DNA of 36,006 nucleotides. Origin: a virus. Lineage: Duplodnaviria > Caudoviricetes. Below, in pieces: positions 1 through 8,795 of this stretch; within the stretch, counting starts at the first letter, position 1, and each line of letters opens with the position of its first letter. The notes beneath the pieces were generated by a model, which was given only the letters and a program-made list of their open reading frames with translations, did no database searches and was not told the DNA's origin. The stretch covers positions 1 to 36,006 of the IMG/VR virus record IMGVR_UViG_3300006029_000026, one strand, 5' to 3'. Both the position numbers and the translations under genes were made by a program.

Positions 1-666
1 GCTGGTTCTGTTGTTGGTGGTACTGGATTCGATTACGCAGAGTGCAAAATTATCGGCGGCGGTTCACCTTCTACCGCAGCAGTTATTCAGCCAATTATCG
101 GACCAAAGAACGGCTTTGGTGCTGATCCACGCATCGACCTTAAATCTTCAGCAATTATGTTTAACGTTATTCCAGATAGTGACGAAGAAGGTGAATGGGT
201 TATCGGTAATGCTTTCCGTCAGCTTGGAATTATTAAAAATCCAAAAGTCGGAGATCTTGGAAGCGACTCAGATTTTACTGGCGCTGCTGGTAACACTCTT
301 AAGAGTTTACAGTTCGCAAGTATCTCTTCTTCTTATACAGTAGGATCAACGATTGTTGGGGCATCATCTGGTGCTAAAGGTATTATTGATAAGATTATTG
401 GAACCGGTAACGCATCTGTAATTTATTATCACCAGACAGAAGCAACAGGATTTTCAGATTTTCAAGAAGCTGAAGCCGTAACAGAAGCAAATGGCCTTGC
501 GGGTTCAGGCGTTCTAAAATCAGCGGGATTCGATGCTGATAGTAGAGCTTGGGATTACCCCACAGTCGATCCATTTAGCGGTGAACTACTCTATATAGAT
601 AATAGAGCAAAGATCGACCGTCTAGACGGACAGGCCGAAGATATAAAAGTTATTATTCAGTTATAA
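1..666 (+). CDS. gp8: Baseplate wedge subunit, gp8-like (5' truncated)
   Basis: Frame 1 is open from base 1 (AGSVVGGTGFDY...IIGPKNGFGADPRIDL) through the listed ORF. It ends SGELLYIDNRAKIDRLDGQAEDIKVIIQL, the typical C-terminus of T4-like gp8. Confidence 0.8.
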   Translation, partial: AGSVVGGTGFDYAECKIIGGGSPSTAAVIQPIIGPKNGFGADPRIDLKSSAIMFNVIPDSDEEGEWVIGNAFRQLGIIKNPKVGDLGSDSDFTGAAGNTLKSLQFASISSSYTVGSTIVGASSGAKGIIDKIIGTGNASVIYYHQTEATGFSDFQEAEAVTEANGLAGSGVLKSAGFDADSRAWDYPTVDPFSGELLYIDNRAKIDRLDGQAEDIKVIIQL

Positions 667-675
667 GGACTAGAA

Positions 676-3600
676 ATGGTAAGCCAAGTAATTAAAGATA
701 GTTTCATTAACCTCTATAATGATGATTATAGAGACAGTGACAACTATTACAAAATTCTGTTTAATAATGGTCGAGGTCTGCAGCAGCGAGAGCTTAACCA
801 AATGCAGACCATTCTTAATAAAGATATTGGATCAATGGCAGGGTTTCTATTAGATCCTGGTGCTGCTACAGAAGGCGGATCCATAACGGTAAGCGATGCG
901 CCTTTTATTCGTCTTGATACCGTAACTAATCCTTTACCTTCTAATATTAGTTCTATTGAAGGTGTGATTTTCGAAGAAACTACTACGGGAATTCAAGTAG
1001 CAATTCAAAAAGTAGTAGCGGCTTCTGCTGGTGTTCCTGCTCAAATCTTTGTAAAATATGTAGATCAAGCTGGTGTAGAAGTTACCACCGATCCGATTAC
1101 TATTAGCAATACATCTAGTACTCTTGTGGCCCAAGATGGATCAGGCGTTGAATTAACTACTGCTGCAACCGATAACGTTACTACTCCATTAACTGGTACT
1201 GGCTTAATTGTAGTACAGAATCCAGGTAGATTCTTCGTAGACGAACACTTTATCTACAGCGCAAAACAGATACTGGTATTATCAAACGATAGCGTTGACG
1301 TCGAGGCTACTGTTGGTCACGTTGTTACCGAGTCAATTGTAACTGTTAATGACGATCAAAATCTTTATGATAACTCTGGGGCTAACTTAAACTTAGCTGC
1401 GCCAGGTGCTGACAGATATAAAATTACCCTTACTTTAACTGATAAAAACAACACCAGCTCTTCAGACTATTTTATTCCATTAGTAGAAATAAGTGAAGGT
1501 TCTATCGCAAATAATCAGAACGAAGGTGCAGGACAGCTAAAAGCTACTGAAGATTTCTTGGCAATCCGAATAAAAGAAATGCACGGAAACTTTACGCAGC
1601 AAAACTTTATTATTGACTTTGAAGAAGACGAAAGCAATGATGATGCGTTTAAAATAATCGTTAATCCCGGTAAAGCTTATGTCGGCGGCGCTCGTGTATA
1701 TCTTAGACAAAGAAAAACTTTAACCGAAGCAAGACCTAGAACTACTCAGGTCGTGAATAACGAAACTGCTACTATTACTTACGGTAACTATGTCGTAGTA
1801 AGCGATCTTGCAACACTGTTTAATTTTACAACTGCCGAAAAGGTAAATCTAAAAGATGCTATAGGTGGTGGCGGTACTACTATCGGTAGCGCTAGAGTAA
1901 GAGCCATCGAAGAGTTTGGTACTAACTTTAAAGTATATTTGTTTGATATTAAAACAAATTCTGGTAAAAACCTTGCAGCAACAAAATCTATTGGTATTAC
2001 TGCCGGTTACTCTAATATCGTACTAGAGAATGACATCTGTAAGCTTTACGATCAGACCAACCGTAATCTGTTTTTTGAGCTTAATCATATCAGACCTAAG
2101 TCATTCTCGGATATTGTAACAACAGTTCAAAAGTTACATACTGGAACAGCAAACGGTTCTGGCGAAATTACTATTAATGCCGCTACAGGTAGAGCATTCG
2201 ACGACACCGGTTCATGGATTATCGTAAATGAAACAACTAATGCCAGTGTAACAGGATCTATTAGTAGCGCTGGAGCATCAGCTACTATTTCTGGATTGAC
2301 GAGTGGAGAATCATACAAGATTCTCGCATACGAGCAGCATTCTGGAAGTTCCGGTACTATTAAAACCAAAACGCTTCGGAACATAACCGATAGTGGACTA
2401 TCACTAAATGCAAGCAACACAGCTTATCTTACAAAAGTAGATCCTTACACTATTACATCCATTACGGATGATACTACTTCTGCAGACATTACTGATGACT
2501 TTAATTTCAATAACGGTCAAACTGAAAGCTTTTACGGCAAGGGTTTAGTTACTCTAAAAGGTGGTGCTTCAGCGCCTTCAGGTACTATTACCATTGTTTA
2601 CAAATACTTTGATTGGTCTGCTACAGGCGATTTCTTTGCTGCGTCAAGCTACACGGGAACTATTGACTATGAAGATATTCCTAGCTTTAGACAATCTAAC
2701 GGTGAAAGAGTAGAGCTAAGAGAACTTATTGACTTCCGTCCAGCGCAAGATGGCGCATCATACGATGTCCTGCCACTTCCAAGAAATGGTGACCTTGTCA
2801 CAATGGACACTGAATATTATCTCCCTGTCATGGGTAGAATATTCGTAAAGAAGAATGGTACTTTCGGGGTTTACTTCGGAGAGCCGGCTTTTAATCCTCA
2901 ACTCGAAGATCTTGGTAACGATCTAGATGTAATGGAAATTGCAAACTTTTACTGTAATCCTTACATGCTGTCTGCAGACGATGTTATTCTTAACTACACC
3001 CAAAATAAGCGATACACAATGCGTGACATTGCTCATATGGACCAAAGAATTGAAGAACTTAAAGAGTTTACTACTTTATCTTTACTTGAGTTAAGTTCTG
3101 CAAACAAAGACATTCTTGACAGTGACGGATTAAATAGACTTAAGTCTGGTATTACAGCTGATAATTTCAGAGACCATTACCAGACCGATGTCGATGACAA
3201 TGAACACAGCGCTGCAATGGATTTTATTGAAGGTGTTGTTCGTCCTCGAACGGCTACAAATAATATTGAGATGGTTTTTGATTCCGACGCATCTTCGGGG
3301 GTTAAGAAAAAAGGCGATTTGATCTTCCTTGACTATGAAGACGAAGTATGGCAAAATCAAACATCTGTGTCTCGACTTGTAGGGATCAGTGAACAGGTTA
3401 TAAACATGTATGAAGGTACTGGGGCAATGTCGCCTGCGTCCGATAGCTGGATGGATCAGGAAAAATTACCCAAAAAAGTTATTGTTGGTAATCCACGTCT
3501 TTCTGTTAAAATAGATAATACTTACAAATATCATGATGTTAGTTGGAGAGGGACAAAGATTGCTGATCTTGCATCTGAGCAAAATGGCAATATTATTGCA

Positions 3601-4821
3601 ACTGGGGCTGGACAGTCTTCCAGCTCTATTACTGGCGGTGGAAAATCAACCTCGACATCACGAAGCAATACAGGCAGCACGACTACTGTTAAGGTATCTG
3701 CACAGGTAACAACAACCGTTACTAAAACTCCTCAGTTTAAATTAGACAGTAGTAGTATAGTTAAAGAATCTTTAGGTGAGTTTATTAGAGCAAGAATTTC
3801 GATTCCTACTATGAGATCGCGATTCGTATCCTTTAAATTTACTGGATTAAGACCTAATACACGTCACTTTGCATTCTTCGGTAAAACATCAGTGGATGAT
3901 TGGGTATATGCTGTAAGCGGGCTATCAGAATTTACTCGTATGTCAGATCTTCCAAGAACCTCTCCACTATTGGATGCAGGTGATATATACAAAAAGCAAA
4001 CACAGTATCCTTTAGATGGTGGACCTACGCAGATCGTAACAGACGGTGATGGTATGGTATCGGGTTATTTCTTAATCCCTAATACCGATAGTATTAGTTT
4101 TGCTACTGGTAGACAGGATTTTTACTTACTAGATATTACCGCACCTAATCCTAAAAATGCTACATCAAAAGCTTCTTTCTTGTATGAAGCAAATGGCACA
4201 CTAGAGCAGGTACAAGAAGAAGAATTATCTACTCGAATCTACCAAGTTCGTCAATCTATTAAAACTACTAAAGTATCTACAACAATACCATCAACGTCAA
4301 ACAGCGTCTTTACACCTAACCCAGTTAGGCCTTACATCGAACGTGACTCGTGTTTCGTAAAAGGTACTAAAGTTAGAATGGCAGATGGTTCAATTAAGAA
4401 TATTGAAGATGTTGTAATCTTTGATGAGATAATGGGTGCAGCTGGACCAAATACTGTTAAGGCATACGACCACTGGCCACTTGATGGAAGAGATCTAATC
4501 GGTATTAACGGTAATGGGCCATTTAAAACACCAGAGCATCCTCTTATGACAAGAGTTGGCTGGAAGGCGTACAACAGTGAAACAACTAAAACAGAAAAAC
4601 CTGAAATTGCTCACTTAATGGTCAATGGTAATCTAGAAGTTGGTGATGAAATTCAAATGGATGATGGATCTTGGACGAAGGTCACATCGCTTGAGGTATT
4701 CAGTGGCGAACCAGAACAAGTTGTTTATAACTTCTACCTCGACGGAGATCATACATACTATGCTAATGGAATGCTTGCACATAACAGATGTGATGTTGAC
4801 GCCGGTGGCGACTGTCAGTAA
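676..4821 (+). CDS. VrlC-like (DUF4815-type) large baseplate/structural protein, N-terminal part, with C-terminal Hint domain
   Basis: YNDDY..DNYYKILFN.GR.LQ.RELNQMQT, LYDNS.....AAPGADRYKI, NKRYTMRDI and DSDGLNRLKSG...DNF motifs; position directly after gp8; SD-like AAGGA upstream. Confidence 0.8.
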   Translation: MVSQVIKDSFINLYNDDYRDSDNYYKILFNNGRGLQQRELNQMQTILNKDIGSMAGFLLDPGAATEGGSITVSDAPFIRLDTVTNPLPSNISSIEGVIFEETTTGIQVAIQKVVAASAGVPAQIFVKYVDQAGVEVTTDPITISNTSSTLVAQDGSGVELTTAATDNVTTPLTGTGLIVVQNPGRFFVDEHFIYSAKQILVLSNDSVDVEATVGHVVTESIVTVNDDQNLYDNSGANLNLAAPGADRYKITLTLTDKNNTSSSDYFIPLVEISEGSIANNQNEGAGQLKATEDFLAIRIKEMHGNFTQQNFIIDFEEDESNDDAFKIIVNPGKAYVGGARVYLRQRKTLTEARPRTTQVVNNETATITYGNYVVVSDLATLFNFTTAEKVNLKDAIGGGGTTIGSARVRAIEEFGTNFKVYLFDIKTNSGKNLAATKSIGITAGYSNIVLENDICKLYDQTNRNLFFELNHIRPKSFSDIVTTVQKLHTGTANGSGEITINAATGRAFDDTGSWIIVNETTNASVTGSISSAGASATISGLTSGESYKILAYEQHSGSSGTIKTKTLRNITDSGLSLNASNTAYLTKVDPYTITSITDDTTSADITDDFNFNNGQTESFYGKGLVTLKGGASAPSGTITIVYKYFDWSATGDFFAASSYTGTIDYEDIPSFRQSNGERVELRELIDFRPAQDGASYDVLPLPRNGDLVTMDTEYYLPVMGRIFVKKNGTFGVYFGEPAFNPQLEDLGNDLDVMEIANFYCNPYMLSADDVILNYTQNKRYTMRDIAHMDQRIEELKEFTTLSLLELSSANKDILDSDGLNRLKSGITADNFRDHYQTDVDDNEHSAAMDFIEGVVRPRTATNNIEMVFDSDASSGVKKKGDLIFLDYEDEVWQNQTSVSRLVGISEQVINMYEGTGAMSPASDSWMDQEKLPKKVIVGNPRLSVKIDNTYKYHDVSWRGTKIADLASEQNGNIIATGAGQSSSSITGGGKSTSTSRSNTGSTTTVKVSAQVTTTVTKTPQFKLDSSSIVKESLGEFIRARISIPTMRSRFVSFKFTGLRPNTRHFAFFGKTSVDDWVYAVSGLSEFTRMSDLPRTSPLLDAGDIYKKQTQYPLDGGPTQIVTDGDGMVSGYFLIPNTDSISFATGRQDFYLLDITAPNPKNATSKASFLYEANGTLEQVQEEELSTRIYQVRQSIKTTKVSTTIPSTSNSVFTPNPVRPYIERDSCFVKGTKVRMADGSIKNIEDVVIFDEIMGAAGPNTVKAYDHWPLDGRDLIGINGNGPFKTPEHPLMTRVGWKAYNSETTKTEKPEIAHLMVNGNLEVGDEIQMDDGSWTKVTSLEVFSGEPEQVVYNFYLDGDHTYYANGMLAHNRCDVDAGGDCQ
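4351..4785 (+). other. Hint / bacterial intein-like autoprocessing domain (145 aa, no endonuclease)
   Basis: Block A CFVKGTKVRMADGS, block B TPEH (TxxH), block F VYNFYLDGDHTYYANG, terminal HN. The next residue is Arg. Confidence 0.9.
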
Positions 4822-4854
4822 TATTAGCAACAATTAAGTTTTAAGGAATAAAAA

Positions 4855-6474
4855 ATGGTAACTACACCTAATGAAGAATTTATTGCTCCAATGTTTCAGA
4901 CCTTTTTCGTGTCTGACACGTTGGGGATTTATATTACAAAAGTTGGGTTATTTTTTGGAACAAAATCTTCAAAAGATTCCATTACCCTTAGCATAAGAGA
5001 CGCCTTTAAAGGTGGTAACGCTGCGCCGAACAAATACGATGTTATGCCAGGAAGTGAGGTTACCCTAACCAAAGCTCAGGTTTCTGTGGATGCTACTGGT
5101 GCTACTGCAGAAACTATTTTTGAATTTGATGAGCCGGTGTTCCTTGGTCCACAAAAAATGTATGCGATTGCTTTAGAATCAAACGATGGATTAGGCTATC
5201 AGCTTTGGGCTTCACAGGTAGGCGATTTTAATCTTGGAACAACAACTTCTAAAGTTACCACTGATCCGGTTTCTGGTACATTATTTAGATCACAAGGAGG
5301 AATAGATAAGCTTCCTGATGGTAATTCTGATCTTAAATATAAAATCTACCGAGCTAAATTTAAAAGCAATACAGGCACAGTTGTATTAAAAGACGCCAAC
5401 CCACCTAGCAAACAACTTATAAACAATCCGCTTACTACCACAAGTGGATCAAAGGTTATCAGGGTTGCACACCCACATCATGGATTTCAAGTCAATGATA
5501 AGGTTACCTTTGCTGGATTAACATCTGGTACATCTTATAATGGTATTACAGGGTCCAATATTCTAGGTGACAGGACTGTTACCCAGATTGATGCTACAGG
5601 TTATAAATTCACTGCTGGAGGAGCTACTAACGCTTCTGCAACTGGTAGAACAGGTGGTGCTAGTGTTAATGCTACAAGACAGTATGTATTCGATACTGCA
5701 AAATTAGCTATTGATTCATATATTCCTGGTGCAGCTGCGAAAATTGAATACAAAGGCGACTTTGTTACATCTAGTTCTTATGCTGATGGTAACGTCAATG
5801 AAGTTGCATACACAACAACTTCAGATATTTTATTACAAGCTGGAAAAGATATTACGTTCGATCAGCCTCATGTGGTACTAACTGATACAAATGAAACCTT
5901 GCATTTTAGCGGTGCAGAATCTACTACTATTACTGCTACGTTATCATCGCTTGTCGGCGGCAATAAAACGTCACCTTATATTGACTTACAACGTGCTTCT
6001 ATGATTACTATGAACAACTTAGTGGATAAACAGGATTCAGCCGCATCAGTTGGTTTTAGTAATCCAATGACATTTGTACCGGAAACACATCCTAAGAATG
6101 GTACTGAGCTTGCTAAACATATCACTAAACCGGTCACGCTCGAAGAAGCTGCTAATGGATTAAAAGTTAACTTTGCAGCACACTGCCCTATTAATGGCGA
6201 GATCAATGCTTATTATAGAACTACCCAAGTTGGTAGAGATTCTGATATTCAGGAACTAAATTGGAATTTAATCCCTTACGACGAAACACCACCTAAAGAT
6301 CAAAATAAGAATGTATTCAGAGAATATGAAGCAAACCTCGGAGGGGAATACTATAATTCTTTATCACACTTTGATCAATATCAACTTAAACTTGTATTAA
6401 GATCTCAATCTTCTTCCAAGGTTCCTCGTATTAAAGATCTTAGAACAATTGCTCTAGCAGCCGACACAGTGTAG
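4855..6474 (+). CDS. Structural protein corresponding to the C-terminal part of VrlC-like proteins
   Basis: PMFQTFFV...GIYITKVGLFF, FEFDEPVFL..YAI, DLKYKIYRAKF and terminal F..YQLKLVLRS....VPRIKDLRTIAL; SD AAGGA upstream. Confidence 0.75.
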   Translation: MVTTPNEEFIAPMFQTFFVSDTLGIYITKVGLFFGTKSSKDSITLSIRDAFKGGNAAPNKYDVMPGSEVTLTKAQVSVDATGATAETIFEFDEPVFLGPQKMYAIALESNDGLGYQLWASQVGDFNLGTTTSKVTTDPVSGTLFRSQGGIDKLPDGNSDLKYKIYRAKFKSNTGTVVLKDANPPSKQLINNPLTTTSGSKVIRVAHPHHGFQVNDKVTFAGLTSGTSYNGITGSNILGDRTVTQIDATGYKFTAGGATNASATGRTGGASVNATRQYVFDTAKLAIDSYIPGAAAKIEYKGDFVTSSSYADGNVNEVAYTTTSDILLQAGKDITFDQPHVVLTDTNETLHFSGAESTTITATLSSLVGGNKTSPYIDLQRASMITMNNLVDKQDSAASVGFSNPMTFVPETHPKNGTELAKHITKPVTLEEAANGLKVNFAAHCPINGEINAYYRTTQVGRDSDIQELNWNLIPYDETPPKDQNKNVFREYEANLGGEYYNSLSHFDQYQLKLVLRSQSSSKVPRIKDLRTIALAADTV

Positions 6475-6483
6475 GGTTAATAT

Positions 6484-6693
6484 ATGATACCCGTAGAAGG
6501 CAAAGAAGGTTTATTCCGAGACCCTAAAACTGATGCTATAATTATGATAAATAGAGATGAAATAGAAAAAAGAAAGCGTCTTAAGGCTATTAAGCGTAGA
6601 CAAAGGTTAGAGCAGCAGCAAGAAGTTCAAGATCTAAAGAATGAAGTAGGCGAATTGAAGGACATGCTTAGGCAACTATTAGAGAAGAGATAA
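6484..6693 (+). CDS. Small conserved phage protein with C-terminal coiled coil
   Basis: PVEG..GLFRDPKT.AII then a heptad-like EVQDLKNEVGELKDMLRQLL; tightly packed between structural genes. Confidence 0.7.
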   Translation: MIPVEGKEGLFRDPKTDAIIMINRDEIEKRKRLKAIKRRQRLEQQQEVQDLKNEVGELKDMLRQLLEKR

Positions 6694-6694
6694 G

Positions 6695-8785
6695 ATGGCA
6701 AAAGAATTCGTTCGCTTAAATACCAGAATAGATCAATGGAAAGACCTTTTTAATGATCTAACTAATGACGTTGGCGACATTGCTCTTCTCACTACTGGGA
6801 ATGGTGGAGTTGGTATCAGTACACTTACAGGATCCGATTCGGATCTGGTGCATGCTGTCAACGAATTAGACCTACGACTTGATTCGGCAAACACGACACA
6901 GATTAATTCTGCTAAACTTCTAATGAGAGACCCAGCTGGTATTAATACCATTAAAGGTCATTTAGATGTAGGACAGACTCTTGACGTAACTGATAGTGCT
7001 AGTTTTAGTAACAATGTTTCTATAGATGGCAATACCAATCTCGGTAGTACGCTTGGAGTAACTGGTGCTACTACACTGAGATCGACACTTGATGTGACGG
7101 ACAGTGCAAATCTTGGCGATAACGTTTCAGTAGACGGTAACACCAATCTCGCTGGGACACTCGGCGTAACAGGTGCTACTACATTACGATCAACATTAGA
7201 TGTAACTGATAGCGCAAGTCTTGGCGATAACGTTTCGGTAGACGGTAACACCAATCTCGGTGGTACATTAGGTGTTACTGGCGGTACTGCACTAAGATCA
7301 ACTCTTAATGTAACCGGTACTGGTAGCTTTGCTAGCACACTTGGTGTAACGGGTGCAACTACATTACAATCAACTCTTGACGTAATAGATAGTGCAAGTC
7401 TTGGTGATAATGTTTCGGTAGACGGCAATACCAATCTTGGTGGTACATTAGGAATAACAGGTGCAACTACCCTACGATCCACGCTTGATGTATCGGACTC
7501 TGCTGGTTTTGGTAATAACGTTTCGGTAGACGGTAACACCAATCTAGGTGGTCCTCTTGGGGTAATTGGTGCTACTACACTGAGATCGACACTTGATGTA
7601 ACTGGTGCAACTGATCTACAATCAACACTTGATGTAACTGGTGCAACTGATCTACAATCAACACTTGACGTAACCGGTGCAACTACATTACAATCAACTC
7701 TTGATGTAACCGATAGCGCTAGCTTCGGTGATAATGTTTCAGTAGACGGTAACGCTAATGTTGGCGGTACACTAGGAGCAACCGGTGCAACTACACTGAG
7801 ATCGACGCTTGACGTAACAGGTGCTACTGCACTGAGATCCACGCTTGATGTAACAGACTCTGCTAGCTTCGGTGATAATGTTTCAGTAGACGGTAACGCT
7901 AATGTTGGCGGTACACTTAATGTAACTGGTGTAGTTACTGCAGATGGTGGCATTGATGTTGATAATATGCATCTGGACGGCACCGGTCTTAGTATTTCAT
8001 CTGGCAATTTAATTTTTTCTGCAGCAGCTGATGTCGTAATAAAACCTACTGGAGATAATGTACTTCTTCAAGGTATTACTGCAGGTGAAGAGATTAATTT
8101 CACACTTGCAACAGGCACACAAACAATTGCAGCATCTGATAATTTAACCCTGACAGGTACTGCAGTTACTATTGACGCATCAGCAGATATTAATCTTGAC
8201 GCTGGTGGTAATGATGTAATTTTTAAAGACACTAACACTGAATTTGGTAGAGTGTCTAATATCGGCGGACAACTCCAGCTAAAAAGCGTCAATGGGCAAT
8301 ACATAAAGTTTACCAGTGACGGTATTATTTTAAACGGAATTATAAAAGACTCCGATCTTACAACTACATCAAAAGACGTTGTTGGTGCGATTAATGATTT
8401 AAAAACTATTACAGATCTACTAGATTCTGCTCAAAGTGGTAATGCTGCTTTAGTTATTTCTCAAATCGGTGATTTAGCAGATCTTACTACTACTGATAAG
8501 ACTGATCTAGTATCTGCAATCAATGAGGTTAACGCCGATCTTACTACTTTAGATGACGGACTTAACGCTAGAGCAAGAGGTCTATTAGTAGGTGGCAATG
8601 CAATTACCTATACTTCTAGCACAGGTAATATTGCGGTTACAAGTAATGCAATACAAGCAGACGAGCTTGCTGTAACTGGTAATGGTGCTGCAGGAGACGC
8701 TTTGGTATCTGATGGGGATGGCACATTTAGCTGGGGTAAAAAAGTACCGGGACTATATAATACTGCTGGCACTCTACTGAATTAA
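6695..8785 (+). CDS. Fibre protein with 12-aa beta-solenoid-type repeats
   Basis: Central GATTLRSTLDVT / DSASLGDNVSVD / GNTNLGGTLGVT repeats; recurring GD(L/I)..LTT....LV.A(I/V)NE fibre motif; ends YNTAGTLLN. Confidence 0.75.
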   Translation: MAKEFVRLNTRIDQWKDLFNDLTNDVGDIALLTTGNGGVGISTLTGSDSDLVHAVNELDLRLDSANTTQINSAKLLMRDPAGINTIKGHLDVGQTLDVTDSASFSNNVSIDGNTNLGSTLGVTGATTLRSTLDVTDSANLGDNVSVDGNTNLAGTLGVTGATTLRSTLDVTDSASLGDNVSVDGNTNLGGTLGVTGGTALRSTLNVTGTGSFASTLGVTGATTLQSTLDVIDSASLGDNVSVDGNTNLGGTLGITGATTLRSTLDVSDSAGFGNNVSVDGNTNLGGPLGVIGATTLRSTLDVTGATDLQSTLDVTGATDLQSTLDVTGATTLQSTLDVTDSASFGDNVSVDGNANVGGTLGATGATTLRSTLDVTGATALRSTLDVTDSASFGDNVSVDGNANVGGTLNVTGVVTADGGIDVDNMHLDGTGLSISSGNLIFSAAADVVIKPTGDNVLLQGITAGEEINFTLATGTQTIAASDNLTLTGTAVTIDASADINLDAGGNDVIFKDTNTEFGRVSNIGGQLQLKSVNGQYIKFTSDGIILNGIIKDSDLTTTSKDVVGAINDLKTITDLLDSAQSGNAALVISQIGDLADLTTTDKTDLVSAINEVNADLTTLDDGLNARARGLLVGGNAITYTSSTGNIAVTSNAIQADELAVTGNGAAGDALVSDGDGTFSWGKKVPGLYNTAGTLLN
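6961..7930 (+). repeat. Coding tandem repeat, 36-nt unit with 108-nt superunit
   Basis: For example acacttgatgtaactggtgcaactgatctacaatca occurs twice in tandem near 7589-7660, and gtagacggtaac-type units recur. Confidence 0.9.
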
Positions 8786-8795
8786 GGATTAAATA

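Noticed and set aside
11-343. 110-aa + strand ORF
   Set aside because: It is an alternative frame over the gp8-like gene, which is open from base 1 in frame 1.
4351-4785. Canonical mobile splicing intein
   Set aside because: No endonuclease domain, the +1 residue is Arg and the C-extein is only 11 aa; it fits a cleavage-type Hint domain better.
6958-8007. 349-aa minus-strand ORF and other antisense ORFs (e.g. 21475-22083, 34580-35101)
   Set aside because: These are shadows of repetitive or codon-biased + strand genes; they lack recognisable motifs and oppose a uniformly + strand operon.
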